Assembly (NCBI GenBank): GCA_964016885.1
Contig: OZ024743.1
Coordinates: 153,264,001-153,328,000, forward strand
DNA length: 64,000 nt
Reading direction: 5' to 3'
Origin: Eledone cirrhosa
Lineage: Eukaryota
Positions 1 to 11,907 of this stretch are shown piece after piece. The notes under the pieces are model-generated. The model saw nothing but the letters and a program-made list of their open reading frames with translations. It did no database searches and had not been told where the DNA came from. How positions within the stretch are numbered: position 1 is the stretch's first letter; each line of letters begins with the position of its first letter. The position numbers and the translations under genes are program-made.

Positions 1-450
1 AGGGAATATTAATTTTAACGTGTCTAGGGTGGCAAGAGTTGAAAGGAAGATATTGCTTGGAGTCTGTGCGCTTGTAGTATATGTCTGTTTCTATTTTTTT
101 GTTATGAATCTTAATGAGGATGTCGAGGAATGCGAATTGATGATGGTTGTATTCCATCGTAAAGTTAATATTCGTGTTGAGCCCATTTATAAGGGTGTGA
201 AATTCTTTAAGTTTCTCGACATTTTCGTGCCAAAGGATGAAGGAGTCATCGAGATATCGCTTCCAGTTCTTTTCTATGTGTAATTGGAGAGTGTTTCCAA
301 ATTTGTTTAGTACCTTAGTGTAGTGGGTAATTTCCAGGTATCCCATGACTAGGTTGGCATAAGTGGGGGCTGTTTTCGTTCCCATAGCTGTCCCAGATTT
401 CTGCCTGTAGGATTTGTTATTGAAAACTAAGTAATTGTTCTCCAAGAACA
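1..450 (-). mobile_element. Penelope-like element (Neptune-like) RT fragment, degenerate
   Basis: Minus-strand translation gives SGTAMGTKTAPTYANLVMGYLE, FTMEY..FAFLDILI, DIYYKRTDSKQYLPFNSCHP, typical of PLE RT palm and thumb. Confidence 0.8.
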
Positions 451-807
451 AAATCAATTTTAACATTCACGTGTCCTCTACCGACCAATCAAAATTGTTT
501 TGACTACAATAATTTTTGCAACACGAATTGGCGCGAAATGTATAGTACTCATTCACTTGACATTCAACAACCAACCAAATCTTAATACCTCTAGAGCCAC
601 TTTTTTCACATAAAACAGGAAGAATTTCCAAAACTGATCAGATTAGAGCAAACATCACGGGCGTTCTATCTCAAAATTATTTTTGAAAAACATTAGAAAT
701 ACGCAACCGGTAAAAACTTAAAACTAAAACTGAATACTAACCAATACTTATTACTAATTTATACTTATTCCTAATTAAACATTTGTCAGCATTTTCTTTT
801 CCTTTTA

Positions 808-992
<185 letters not shown>

Positions 993-1381
993 ATTAAAAT
1001 ACAATATATATATATTGTAGAGTCAGAGACACTTAGTCTTCATTAAAATGCGTCTCTCTCGGAGAAGGTCACTCTGATATAAAACCTGCGACTTCGTTTG
1101 AATCCAACGATAAAAACCAGTTCTAGATTTTGGGTAAATGCATTCGCTGTTCAGAGAGTGTGATTGGCCCCGTGCAAACCCTTTCATCGCTTAAAAAAGG
1201 TTCAAATACAGACATCTCTTGGTATGTGACATTTTTGCAATGCATGGCTTCGCTGGCTATAGCTAAGTCCTTAGCAAGGCTAAAAAGCCGTATCCGTGAT
1301 ATTCATGCCTAAGCATTAAGTGAAGGATTACCCGACATCCTCAAATATGCTGGTAAAAAACTGTTACGTAGGCTATTTTAG

Positions 1382-1437
<56 letters not shown>

Positions 1438-1516
1438 TGATACGGAGAGGGACCATCGCTAACATTGGATTGGACATCGGTAAGAAAGTTTTTTTTATAT
1501 CGATGTTTGACGGGCA

Positions 1517-1637
1517 TCCACTGATGATTTATAAGTGCCCACCTGCATATATTCCTACGGAATATGTGCAGGCTTCTACATAACCTGGACACATTTTCCT
1601 AACTTGTAGAAAACTTATAATGAAACAATTGTTTGGA
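1517..1637 (+). ncRNA. Type I hammerhead ribozyme with large branched helix II (copy 1)
   Basis: TCCA-CTGATGA-TTTATAAGT...ACTTATAAT-GAAA-CAATTG-TT-TGGA: helix I TCCA/TGGA, intact core, palindromic helix III ACAATTGT, GUU triplet. Confidence 0.75.
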
Positions 1638-2242
1638 AAGGGAGATATATTTTAATTATGTCTCATATAAAATAATACAACTGGCTTTCCGCAAAATACA
1701 TATAGTTAGCACCCCAAACGTAAAATTGGGATTATACTAAGGTATATCCTAATGTTTGTTGAGTGAGATGGAAGCCAGTCAGAGTATAAAGCTTTCTCTA
1801 TTAATGTATTGAATATTATACTCTTGATTTGGCCTGAGATGAATATTTCCAGATACTATTTAAGCGTAACTTTCCGTATTTATTATTACTATGTAATATT
1901 GATTGTTATTCTGGTATCATATCTCTGTTTTTAGCCTAAGAAAATACCTATATGCGTGTATAAATAATACATGCATATATTTATTTTTAAAAAATCTAAT
2001 TGAGTTCTTCACACGCAAGGTTAAAATTGTTGAACAAATTAATTGACCCGCGTGTATATTATTTTACTTTCTTATGTTTCGCGATGATCTCCCCTTTCCG
2101 CTTGATGACAGTGTGAAATTTCTCATTCTGAAACTGCTGGAATTTCAAATTTGGCGGTCATTCTGATACGGAGAGGGACCATCGCTAACATTGAATTGGA
2201 TATCGGTAAGAAAGTTTTTTTTATATAGATGTTTGACGGGTA

Positions 2243-2363
2243 TCCACTGATGATTTATAAGTGCCCACCTGCATATATTCCTACGGAATATGTGCAGGCT
2301 TCTACATAACCTGGACACATTTTCCCAACTTGTAGAAAACTTATAATGAAACAATTGTTTGGA
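2243..2363 (+). ncRNA. Type I hammerhead ribozyme with large branched helix II (copy 2)
   Basis: Same motif as 1517-1637, with all core and stem positions retained. Confidence 0.75.
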
Positions 2364-2503
2364 AAGGGAGATATATTTTATTTATGTCTCATATAGTTAG
2401 CACCCCAAACGTAAAATTGGGATTATACTAAGGTATATCCTAATGTTTGTTGAGTGAGATGGAAGCAAGTCAGAGTATAGCTTAAAGCTTTCTCTGTTAA
2501 TGT

Positions 2504-2587
<84 letters not shown>

Positions 2588-2993
2588 TTCGAATTCATAG
2601 AAATATATCGGACGTATTGCAGAATATCGTTCGATTTGTCCAGATCTGTTGTCTAACCTGATTAGTTTTTTCGTTGTTTTGGTATTGTATACATGGGCTT
2701 TACCTGCCGCAATTTAAAATTTGTCAAGCTATCCAAATGTATGTTATTACTCTGAGGGACTTCCTTATTGAGCGCTTTGCTACTCATTCCTAATTGTAGG
2801 TCGTCTTTTGCTTGGCTGCAGTCAAAGCTTCGATTTTACTAAGCTTCCACTTGTATATATATATATATACAAGTATATATATATATATACAAGTTATAAA
2901 ATATTTACTTGTTGAAACCCAACAATTTTAAATAAAACTTTTGCATATATTTTGCTCCAATATTGTTGAGCGCTTCATATTATAACTGAAAAT

Positions 2994-5215
2994 ATGGAAT
3001 TCTTTAAGATATCTTCCTCTCTAAAAGACATACCTCTACCTAAGAACAAAGACTTTATTAAACAATTAATAGAAAAATCAGACTCTTTTATAAGAAGAAT
3101 CAGGTGGCGTCCCTTCCACTTTGATAAATCTAATCTAAATGAAAATGTCTCAGACTTAGATAAAGTTTTCAAATCTAAAAAAATCCACCCCCCAACAAAC
3201 TTTTAATGGATTTTGAAAGCGATATAATTTCTATCATACAAGGAGTCAAATTCAAGAGAAATTTCAAAGGTCAGGAATATCTAAGAAGCATTAAGGATAA
3301 TATTGAAAGCTTGGAGAGAACAGAGAAGATCTTGGTGAAATCGGACAAAACCAACAACCTTTATGGAGTGCAAAAATACATGTATAATGGCCTTATACTG
3401 AAAGAACTAAGGAAAAAGTACAAGGTAGCAGATAAGGACGAACTGGAGAAAATGAATGTTGAGGCATCTTGTATAATGCATGAGTTGGAAATTGAGAACA
3501 AAACACAACCCTTCTTGCCTAGGAAACCCAAGATCAATATGAAAGATCACAGAAGAAATTTTGAAAATGATTTGCCAGTCAGATTGATTGCACCATCAAA
3601 ATCTGACCTGGGTAAACTTAGCAAAAACATTCTAGACAGGGTGATACAGCAAATTAAAAACTTACATGGTTTACCTAACTTAAACTTGTGGAAGGGAACT
3701 GGTGAGGTTATTGAGTGGTTTAAAGAAATTAAATATAACAATAATAATAAATTTATTCAACTAGATATTGCTAACTACTATTCATCTATTACCCCTAATC
3801 TACTGAATAAGGCACTAAATTACGCATTCAAACATACTGACCTAACTAGCAATGAAATGCACATTATATTATCGGCAAGGAAAACATTGATAGAATTTAA
3901 TAACCAATTATGGACTAGGGCAGATAGAGATAATAATTTCGACATTACTATGGGATCATCTGACTCAGCTCAGGTAACGGACCTTGTGGGCCTATTTATA
4001 ATTAATTCGCTGCATAGAAAAATACCTGGTGTAACCGGAGGATTATATCGTGATGACATGCTTTTACTTATTGGAAATAATAACTCTGAACTAAATAGAA
4101 AAAGAAAACAAATTATACAATTTTTTAATTACCTTAAACTAAAAATAGAAATAGAGAATAACCATAGAATAGTCAATTTCCTAGATGTAACACTAAATCT
4201 CAACACATGTCTTCACTATCCATTTCACAAACTAAATGAAAACTTGAATTGTGTCAGTTTTAACTCTAATCACCCCAGATCTGTTAAAAATACTATAGTG
4301 AACTCTGTTCAAGAACGTATCTCAAGAATTTCATTTAATAAAAATATTTTCGACGAAAAAGCGCAGTATTACAATGAAGCGTTAGCTAGAGCAGGATATA
4401 GTGATAAAATTATGTACATCGATAATAATAGGCAAACTAACCAAAATAACAACAATTTTAATTACGGTAACAACTTTAACTACTATAATAGAAAACATTA
4501 CAATAATTCCAGAAGCCAGAAAAGAAATATAACTAGAAATATAATATGGTTTGCCCCCCCTTTCTCACTAAATATTAAAACCCACATTGCTAAACTATTT
4601 TTTAATGTTCTTGACAAACGCTTCCCTAGAACACATAAATATCACTCAATTTTTAATAGACATACTATAAAATTAACTTACTCGTCCACCAAAAATTTAG
4701 CACAAAATATTAACAGAATAAATAATAGGAATCTAAAACCTAGCTAAAATACCGATAATAGCCTAAACAATATTCAATTAAACAACTGTAACTGTAGAAA
4801 TAAATCTAAATGTCCGTTAAATAACAATTGCTTAGTTAAAAATATAATATACAATTGTAATGTTAAAACTAACTTAAATTCTTTTAACTATGTTGGTTCC
4901 ACCTCGACAGAATTTAAACTTCGCTATAATAATTATAAGAATTCTTTCACAGATCCAAACAAAAAATCTTCAACTTCACTATCAGGCTTACTCTGGCAAC
5001 TTAAACATGATAACGTTGGATATTCGATGTTTTGGAATATAGTCTCAAGAGGGATTCCTTTTAATTCCTCATCTGAGACATGTGACCTCTGCGTGGAGGA
5101 GATATTCTTTATATTAAAATCTAAAAATTCCCTTAATTTAAGGAGCAATTTATTCAGTTGCTGCAGACATAGATTGAACTCAACGTTTAAATATAAATAT
5201 AAATTTAAAATGTAG
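2994..5215 (+). pseudogene. PLE reverse transcriptase + GIY-YIG endonuclease, with one frameshift (~3180) and one in-frame TAA (4745-4747)
   Basis: KSDKT, QLDIANYYSSI, TMGS, YRDD, NFLDV, SNHP. After the stop, in the same frame: CNCRNKSKCPL..C..IIY..YVGSTSTEFKLRY..CDLC..LN.RS..CCRH. Confidence 0.9.
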
Positions 5216-6852
5216 TATATTTAGTTAAGATATTTAATTAATTATGAAACCTGACGATAAATCTTTCGATTCCTTCAACTTTTTCTTTTAAACCTTCTTC
5301 ATAAATATATACTAATGATGTAATTAAACTACCCTAAAATGTTGATGCTCCCAATCTATTGAATAAATTTTACGCTAGATAAACTTCTATACTAAATATA
5401 AGAGCATCTGTAGAACAACAGGGTCTCCTAAATCTTTTAAATGATTTTTGCTAAATAAGTTTTGTTGAATAATTTTGGTTTTTTGTTTGCTTTTTGATTC
5501 TGATTGCTTCTAATGAACTTGGCAATATATTGTCAGATAAATTGGAAGGGTAGATTTCTGTGGTTGATATGGGGGGCATACTGTGTTTTTTACGGCCCTA
5601 GATACTCTAGAGAGTGATGAAAATATTCTTAGCATTTTGATATATTAATATCTGTTGTCTCTGTGCAAAGGCCATATATATTAATATGAATATGGAATGA
5701 TTACAGAGTATATTTTATTTTATCTGTTTATTTTATCTGTCCATGTACATATATGTGCGCACGCATATATATATATATGTATGTGTGGCTATGGTTCTGA
5801 TATGTTACAGATATGCATAATATTCTATACATGAACGATAATCATGTATGTGAGGGCAGGAATATTAATATTAGTATATATTTTTTATGTATATGTATGT
5901 AGGTATATATATATATGGTAAAATCTTTTATAACGCAAGGAAAAATGTTTCATGTGAAATAAGAAATTACAGAGCTGATCACGTAAGTTTCACGGGTATG
6001 TCTATAGTGTCAACTAGAACTTGAGATGACCTTCTCTTTTTCTCTTTCTTTCTTTTTCCGGAAAGTACATATATACTTATGTATTTCCGTATTTTTTGAA
6101 GTTTTATCTCAGTTTTTGGTACATCGACCTAAGAATTTTTAAACTAAACATATGGTCACTATTTTTCACACATTATATATCTATGTATCATTCATGAATA
6201 TTGATATTTACATTATAAATACCCAATTCATATGAATTGATAATTCAAATTGATAGGACATAACTTAAAGTTGTAAATCTATCATCCTCTCTCTAGATAT
6301 AGCTCTTTCTTCTCCTCCCTCTATACATGATGAAATTTAAGTACCGGCTACTTTAACTTTGCCTCTCGAGCTTCTCTATTGTTTTCTCTCTTACTTCTCT
6401 CCTATTTCTCTCACCTCCCCATATATAATTATTATTATTCGGTTTACCTCTTTTCCCCCTCACCTCTATCTTTCTCTACCTCTCTGTTTTCTCTTTATTT
6501 ATTTTTTATTTCTCTCCGTCTCCTTAACACTATAACTAAATAAATAAATAAATAAATAATTACAGTACTCCCTCCCTCCTAAATCTCTCAATTTGTATGA
6601 TGAATTATTATTATTCATCTGTTGCCTCAGCTGCCTCTCATTTTTCACCTCCTCACTATTTCTCTCTCCCATATCTCTCTCTATCTCTCTCTGTTTTTCT
6701 TTACATACACTTCTTCTTTTCTCCGTCTTTCTTTCTAACTGTGCTTAACACTAAATATTTATAAACATCTCACTACCAAACCAACTTCGCACATGGAAGT
6801 TGATCAATATTTATGGTACGTCAAATTTATTTATAAAACTGCTTATATATTG

Positions 6853-6918
6853 TATTTTATCTGAAGAAGGCATGCCATATTTTTAATATGGTATCCCTGA
6901 AATATGTATAATAAAATA
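6853..6918 (+). ncRNA. Type I hammerhead ribozyme in the PLE 3' region
   Basis: TATTTTAT-CTGAAGA-AGGCATGCCATATT(TTT)AATATGGTATCCCT-GAAA-TATGTA-TA-ATAAAATA: 8-bp helix I, 14-position helix II with one mismatch, short quasi-palindromic helix III. Confidence 0.85.
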
Positions 6919-7045
6919 AATATGGTTTTATAAATATAGTTTCCATTTGTTTAATATCGTATATCTACTCCAAAACTTGTTGAGTGCTTTATATCAGTTA
7001 TAAAATATTTACTTGTTGTAACCCAACAATTTTAAATAAAACTTT

Positions 7046-7090
<45 letters not shown>

Positions 7091-7099
7091 GTAGAAGAG

Positions 7100-7520
7100 A
7101 TATTTAATTTGTTGGAAATCCAACAAATATAGATGTTTATAACTGATTCAAAGCACTCGACAGATTTCTGGAGTAATTATTCAATTGATATTAATATAAT
7201 TGTCGGTGCCACTTCTACAGAATTTAAACTTCGCTGGAATAACCACAATTGTTCTTTTAGAGGATCTGGCAAAAAATATTCTACTACCCTCTCACATCTT
7301 ATATGGAATTTAAAAAGCAGGAATATAGACTATTCATTATCTTGGAAAACAATTTCGAAAGCACCTGCTTACTGAAACACGGCCTTATCAAGATTTTGTA
7401 AATTATGTATTGAAGAAAATTTTTAGATAATTAATTGTAAAAACTCTATTAATCTTAGAACATACATATTTAGTTGTTGCAAACATCGCCAAAATTCTAC
7501 ATTCAGAAATATATGTAACT
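7100..7520 (+). mobile_element. Fragment of a related Hydra-like PLE: inverted pLTR-like segment followed by a GIY-YIG fragment
   Basis: 7100-7175 resembles the reverse complement of 6968-7045. 7200-7520 translates VGATSTEFKLRWNNH..STTLSHLIW..CKLCIEE..NLR..CCKH. Confidence 0.75.
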
Positions 7521-7542
7521 TATAATATACTTATAATATTAT

Positions 7543-10191
7543 TTCCATATGATGTTAAGATGAAAAATAATTCACTTTAGTTGAGGTCATGACCCTTTGA
7601 AAGGAATGGTTGAATGGTATTAATAATAGAATTGCTATAAAACATCTATTAGGAAGAAAGGGATTGTCAAATTGATAGTTGAATGTATATGGTGTATCGA
7701 AGTTTAAAAGGAATTTCCATTCTGACAAAACTGGTAATCTGTACCATATGGATATCGATAAATATAACAAGGTCATGTATAAAGAACTTAGAAAAAACTA
7801 TAAGAAAGCAAATACCACCGCACTGACATCCTTGAACAACATATCATGTGATATAGTAAAAGAAACTCCATATTGAAGATAGGACTGAGCCTTTAACGCC
7901 TAAAAGCCCGCACTTCAACCTGAAGGACCATAAATCTGACTGTAATTCGAACCCATCTATTAGACTGATATGCCTATCAAAATCTGATATCGGTAATATC
8001 AGCAAGAAAATTATTGATCGAATCATTCCGCAAATTATAAAATTTATAAGACTTCCATTATTGGATAACACTTCCCAAGTTATTGAATGGTTCACTAGCA
8101 TCGAGAATAAAAACTCAGCTTCATTCATTCAATTCAACATCGATTCCTACTATTCTTCGATTTCTCCAATTCTTTTAAACAAAGCACTGATCTTCGCCAG
8201 AAATAGATCGGATTTATCTACTGAGCAAATCTACATCATAACTCACGCTAGAAAAACCTTACTAAACTTCCAAGAAGAACACTGGACAAGAAACACATAT
8301 AAAAACTTATTCGATATTACGATGGGATTCATGGACTCTGCTCAAGTTACAGACCTCGTTGGACTATTTCTCCTCTATAATATGCATTCCTCTTTTCCCC
8401 ACCTCAAAGGTGGTCTTTATCGGGATGATTGTCTATTGTTATCTAATAATGTTAGCAATTCCAATATAGAGAAAAACAAAAAACAAATTAGAAAATTCCT
8501 CAAGGACTACTACAACCTTAACATCACCATTGAAAACACTTCAAAAGTAGCTAATTTCCTTGACGTTACCTTAGACCTCTCTACGAATATTTATCAACCT
8601 TACCACAAACCCAACCAGAATCTACACTATGTACATTCATGCTCTAACCACCCTGGCTCTATACTAAACAACTTAGTATATAACATATCTCTTAGACTTT
8701 CTAAATTATCTTCCAATGAAGATATATTTTATAATAATGCACCCTTCTACAACGAGGTCTTAACTAGAAGTGGATATAAAGAAAAAATCTCATATATCCC
8801 CAACACTACTATGGACCAAAATATAAAACCTAGCAAAAACTACAAACACCAAAAATACAATTGAAACAAATACCTAATGGGGTTATTCCTATTACACCAA
8901 ACAACCGAAAAACCACAACAGCTATTACTACACGATCTATGACCGATGTTATCAACTCAAAATCTCATAATCTACCCAATAATAACACCAAATACAACCA
9001 CGGTAGTTTACCAAATTCCACAAATACGTATGCTAACCACAGGAATTCTTCTAGAACACAGCACATTAATATAAGTGGTACTAAGAACTTAACTAAAAAC
9101 CGCAAAAGAAACATAACATGGTACAACGCACCATTCAACCTGCTAACTGTTGGACAGATCCTCAAAAAATTCTTCGAAATTCTACATAAACATTTTCCAC
9201 CAAACCACAGATACCACAAAATATTTAACAGATATACTGTTAAATTCTCATACTCTACATCAAACAATCTCCAGCAAAAAATAAGCAACTACAACATTTA
9301 TAGATTTAAAAATAATATGACTACACCCCCACAACATAATTTAAATAGGACTGCACCTTTTAACAGGACAAATAATACAATCCTTCAACCTGGAAAACAC
9401 AACCACCCAAATCACCAACACAAAAACAACATAACACAAAATCACAATACAACCCTAGAACAAAGCAATCTTCATTCTCCCGCTAACATTAATTACAATA
9501 GGAATAGCTCAAGGATTAATGAGAATGGTACAGGTACCCCCAACAATCATCTTACGTATGGTTGTAATTGCAGAAATAGAAGCATTTGCCCATTAAATGG
9601 CAACTGTTTGATAAATAATGTAATATATAAATGCACTGTCTACTACTGACTCCAACAAAACATATATAGGATCTACATCAAACACATTTAAGAAAAGATT
9701 TTACGCACACTCTAGTAGTTTCAACAATACTAAACTAGCTAACACCACATCTTTAGCCGAAGCAGTAAATAACTATAAAAAGAAAAAAAATAGATTTCAA
9801 GCTATCGTGGAACACCATTCAACAAAGAACTCCATATCTTGGGAACAGGAGAGAATGCAGGTTATGTTCATGGGAGATCTTTGAAATTACTAAATCTAAG
9901 GACGATTTATTGAATAAAAGAAAGGAACTGATTATAGTTTGTAATCACCGTATACGAAAAACATTTAAATACTATAAATCTAATTAAATATTCTAAATAC
10001 CAACTCACTATAATTCTATGTAGCGTAACATTTGTTAGTATCCCTTTCCCCTAATTATACGCATTCATGCTTATTTCTTACGTTTTAATTTTTTAGCTTC
10101 CTTAGATTTATGCGTTAATAACTAAGGGCAACACGATACACAACCACCCGTAATTGCATGAGTAAATATGTATCTATGTATGTATATGTGA

Positions 10192-10248
<57 letters not shown>

Positions 10249-10261
10249 GGTGTGGGTGTGT

Positions 10262-10316
<55 letters not shown>

Positions 10317-11397
10317 CGAGTATATGTGTATGAGAGATTTTATATGTGTTTGTGTACTATGTATGTGTGTGTACATACACACATATATATATGTATATAT
10401 AGGTGTGTATATGTAAATATATATATATATATATATAAATATATGTGTATATGATTGTGTGCACAAGTGTAGATGTATGTATATGTTTGCATCTATTTAT
10501 ACATATGTATATTTTTAATTGAGTATCAATATAACTATACCTCTATCTATAATGTGGGTATATGCACTTTGTGATCTATGAAATTTATACATTTTGACTA
10601 TGTCAACACGTATTTATCTGAGTTTGATTATTTATACATAGACATACTTGAAAGTATTTTAAGGCGTATCATACGCTGTATTATATTAAGTACAATTTAC
10701 CACACCGTACTATATTGTATTACATTATATTATATTATACGGGGTCGATAAAATGAAGTACCAGTAGTGCACTGGGTTATTGCCGGCCTTGTGCCTAAAG
10801 TAGAAACAATTATATTATATTATTGTATTACTGTATTTCATTATCTTATTATAATGTACATTATAATTTTCATCTTTTAATATACCATCTTTCTTAGTCA
10901 TGACCTTATTTTATATTCACCTAAAAACTCCATACAACACAACTCAACATTTAATTTTTACATTCCTTTTAAACTTCGATATACCATATACATTCAACTA
11001 TCAATTTGACAATCCCTTTCTTCCTAATAGATGTTTTATAGCAATTCTATTATTAACACCATTCAACCATTCCTTTCAAAGAGTCATGACCTCAACTAAA
11101 GTGAATTATTTTTCATCTTAATATCATATGGAAAAAAACAATCTGATTGGTTAGTTCTTCAGCTATCTCCAAATAAGGTCATAGAACTAAATTTACTACT
11201 AATTTAATACTAATTTTGAATAAAATTATCATTGCTTTTGACAAAGTAAGTAAATATTCTCTATATCAGATATTTTGTAACTAATCTTACATAGATCGAT
11301 AACGAAGTATAGTTACAATGTATTATCATCACCTAGAAACGATCGTAAAGCAGTGAAGTATATTTCTAATGAGTTGATTTTTATTTCATTGTTTTAA

Positions 11398-11400
<3 letters not shown>
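7543..11400 (+). mobile_element. Second Hydra-like PLE, 5'-truncated with a 5' inversion; RT + GIY-YIG pseudo-ORF ~7714-9987
   Basis: SDKTGNLY, QFNIDSYYSSI, TMG, YRDD, NFLDV, SNHP, CNCRNRSICPLNGNC, YIGSTS, with several frameshifts. 7543-7713 is an inverted copy of 10962-11133. The right boundary is approximate. Confidence 0.82.
10738..10812 (+). mobile_element. SINE 3' fragment (Nin-domain family)
   Basis: GGGGTCGATAAAATGAAGTACCAG...GGCCTTGTGCCTAAAGTAGAAACAATT matches the full copies in this window. Confidence 0.75.
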
Positions 11401-11439
<39 letters not shown>

Positions 11440-11751
11440 CGGAAAAAATGAAACGAAATTTCATTTCTCACTCTTAGTACGGCTGTTACTTAAATATAAG
11501 TATGTATACGTACATACATATATGTATACAGACGTACAGTAGTATGTATATATATACATACATGCACACATATATATATGTACGTATGGATTCACCGAAC
11601 ATTTATTATAATGCTAGGTGTGTTTGTAAACAAACATCCCGAATTACACTGTACGGCTTAATTCAGGATGTTTGTTTACAAACACACCGAGCATTATAAT
11701 AAATGTTCGGTGAATCCATACGTACATATATATATGTGTGCATGTATGTAT

Positions 11752-11796
<45 letters not shown>

Positions 11797-11835
11797 TATA
11801 CTACTGTACGTCTGTATACATATATGTATGTACGT

Positions 11836-11842
<7 letters not shown>
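11440..11842. repeat. ~210-bp (TA)n-associated repeat with internal inverted duplication (arms ~11501-11647 and 11658-11842)
   Basis: Visible palindrome; an unrearranged homolog lies at 29250-29460. Confidence 0.8.

Positions 11843-11907
<65 letters not shown>

Larger units (their letters stand above)
1434..2512 (+). mobile_element. Non-coding, (TA)n-flanked element with ~380-bp direct repeats (1434-1816, 2160-2512; period 726 bp); retrozyme or non-autonomous PLE-like
   Basis: Near-identical direct repeats (the second has a ~32-bp deletion), each carrying a hammerhead motif. No credible ORF; (TA)n on both sides. Confidence 0.7.
2893..7050 (+). mobile_element. Near full-length Penelope-like element (Hydra-clade-like) inserted in (TA)n
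   Basis: RT plus C-terminal GIY-YIG ORF; terminal direct repeat GTTATAAAATATTTACTTGTTG..TTTTGCATAT at 2893-2948 and ~6998-7052; 3' HHR; TA tracts on both sides. Confidence 0.88.

Noticed and set aside
4745-4747. Programmed readthrough between RT and endonuclease
   Set aside because: It is a single TAA in a low-complexity linker in one copy. The related element is open across the equivalent region, so mutation is the simpler explanation.
7874-9649. TGA stops in the second PLE as possible selenocysteine codons (as in Naiad PLEs)
   Set aside because: Homology continues in another frame at these points (frameshifts). The domain order is RT then EN, and no SECIS was identified.
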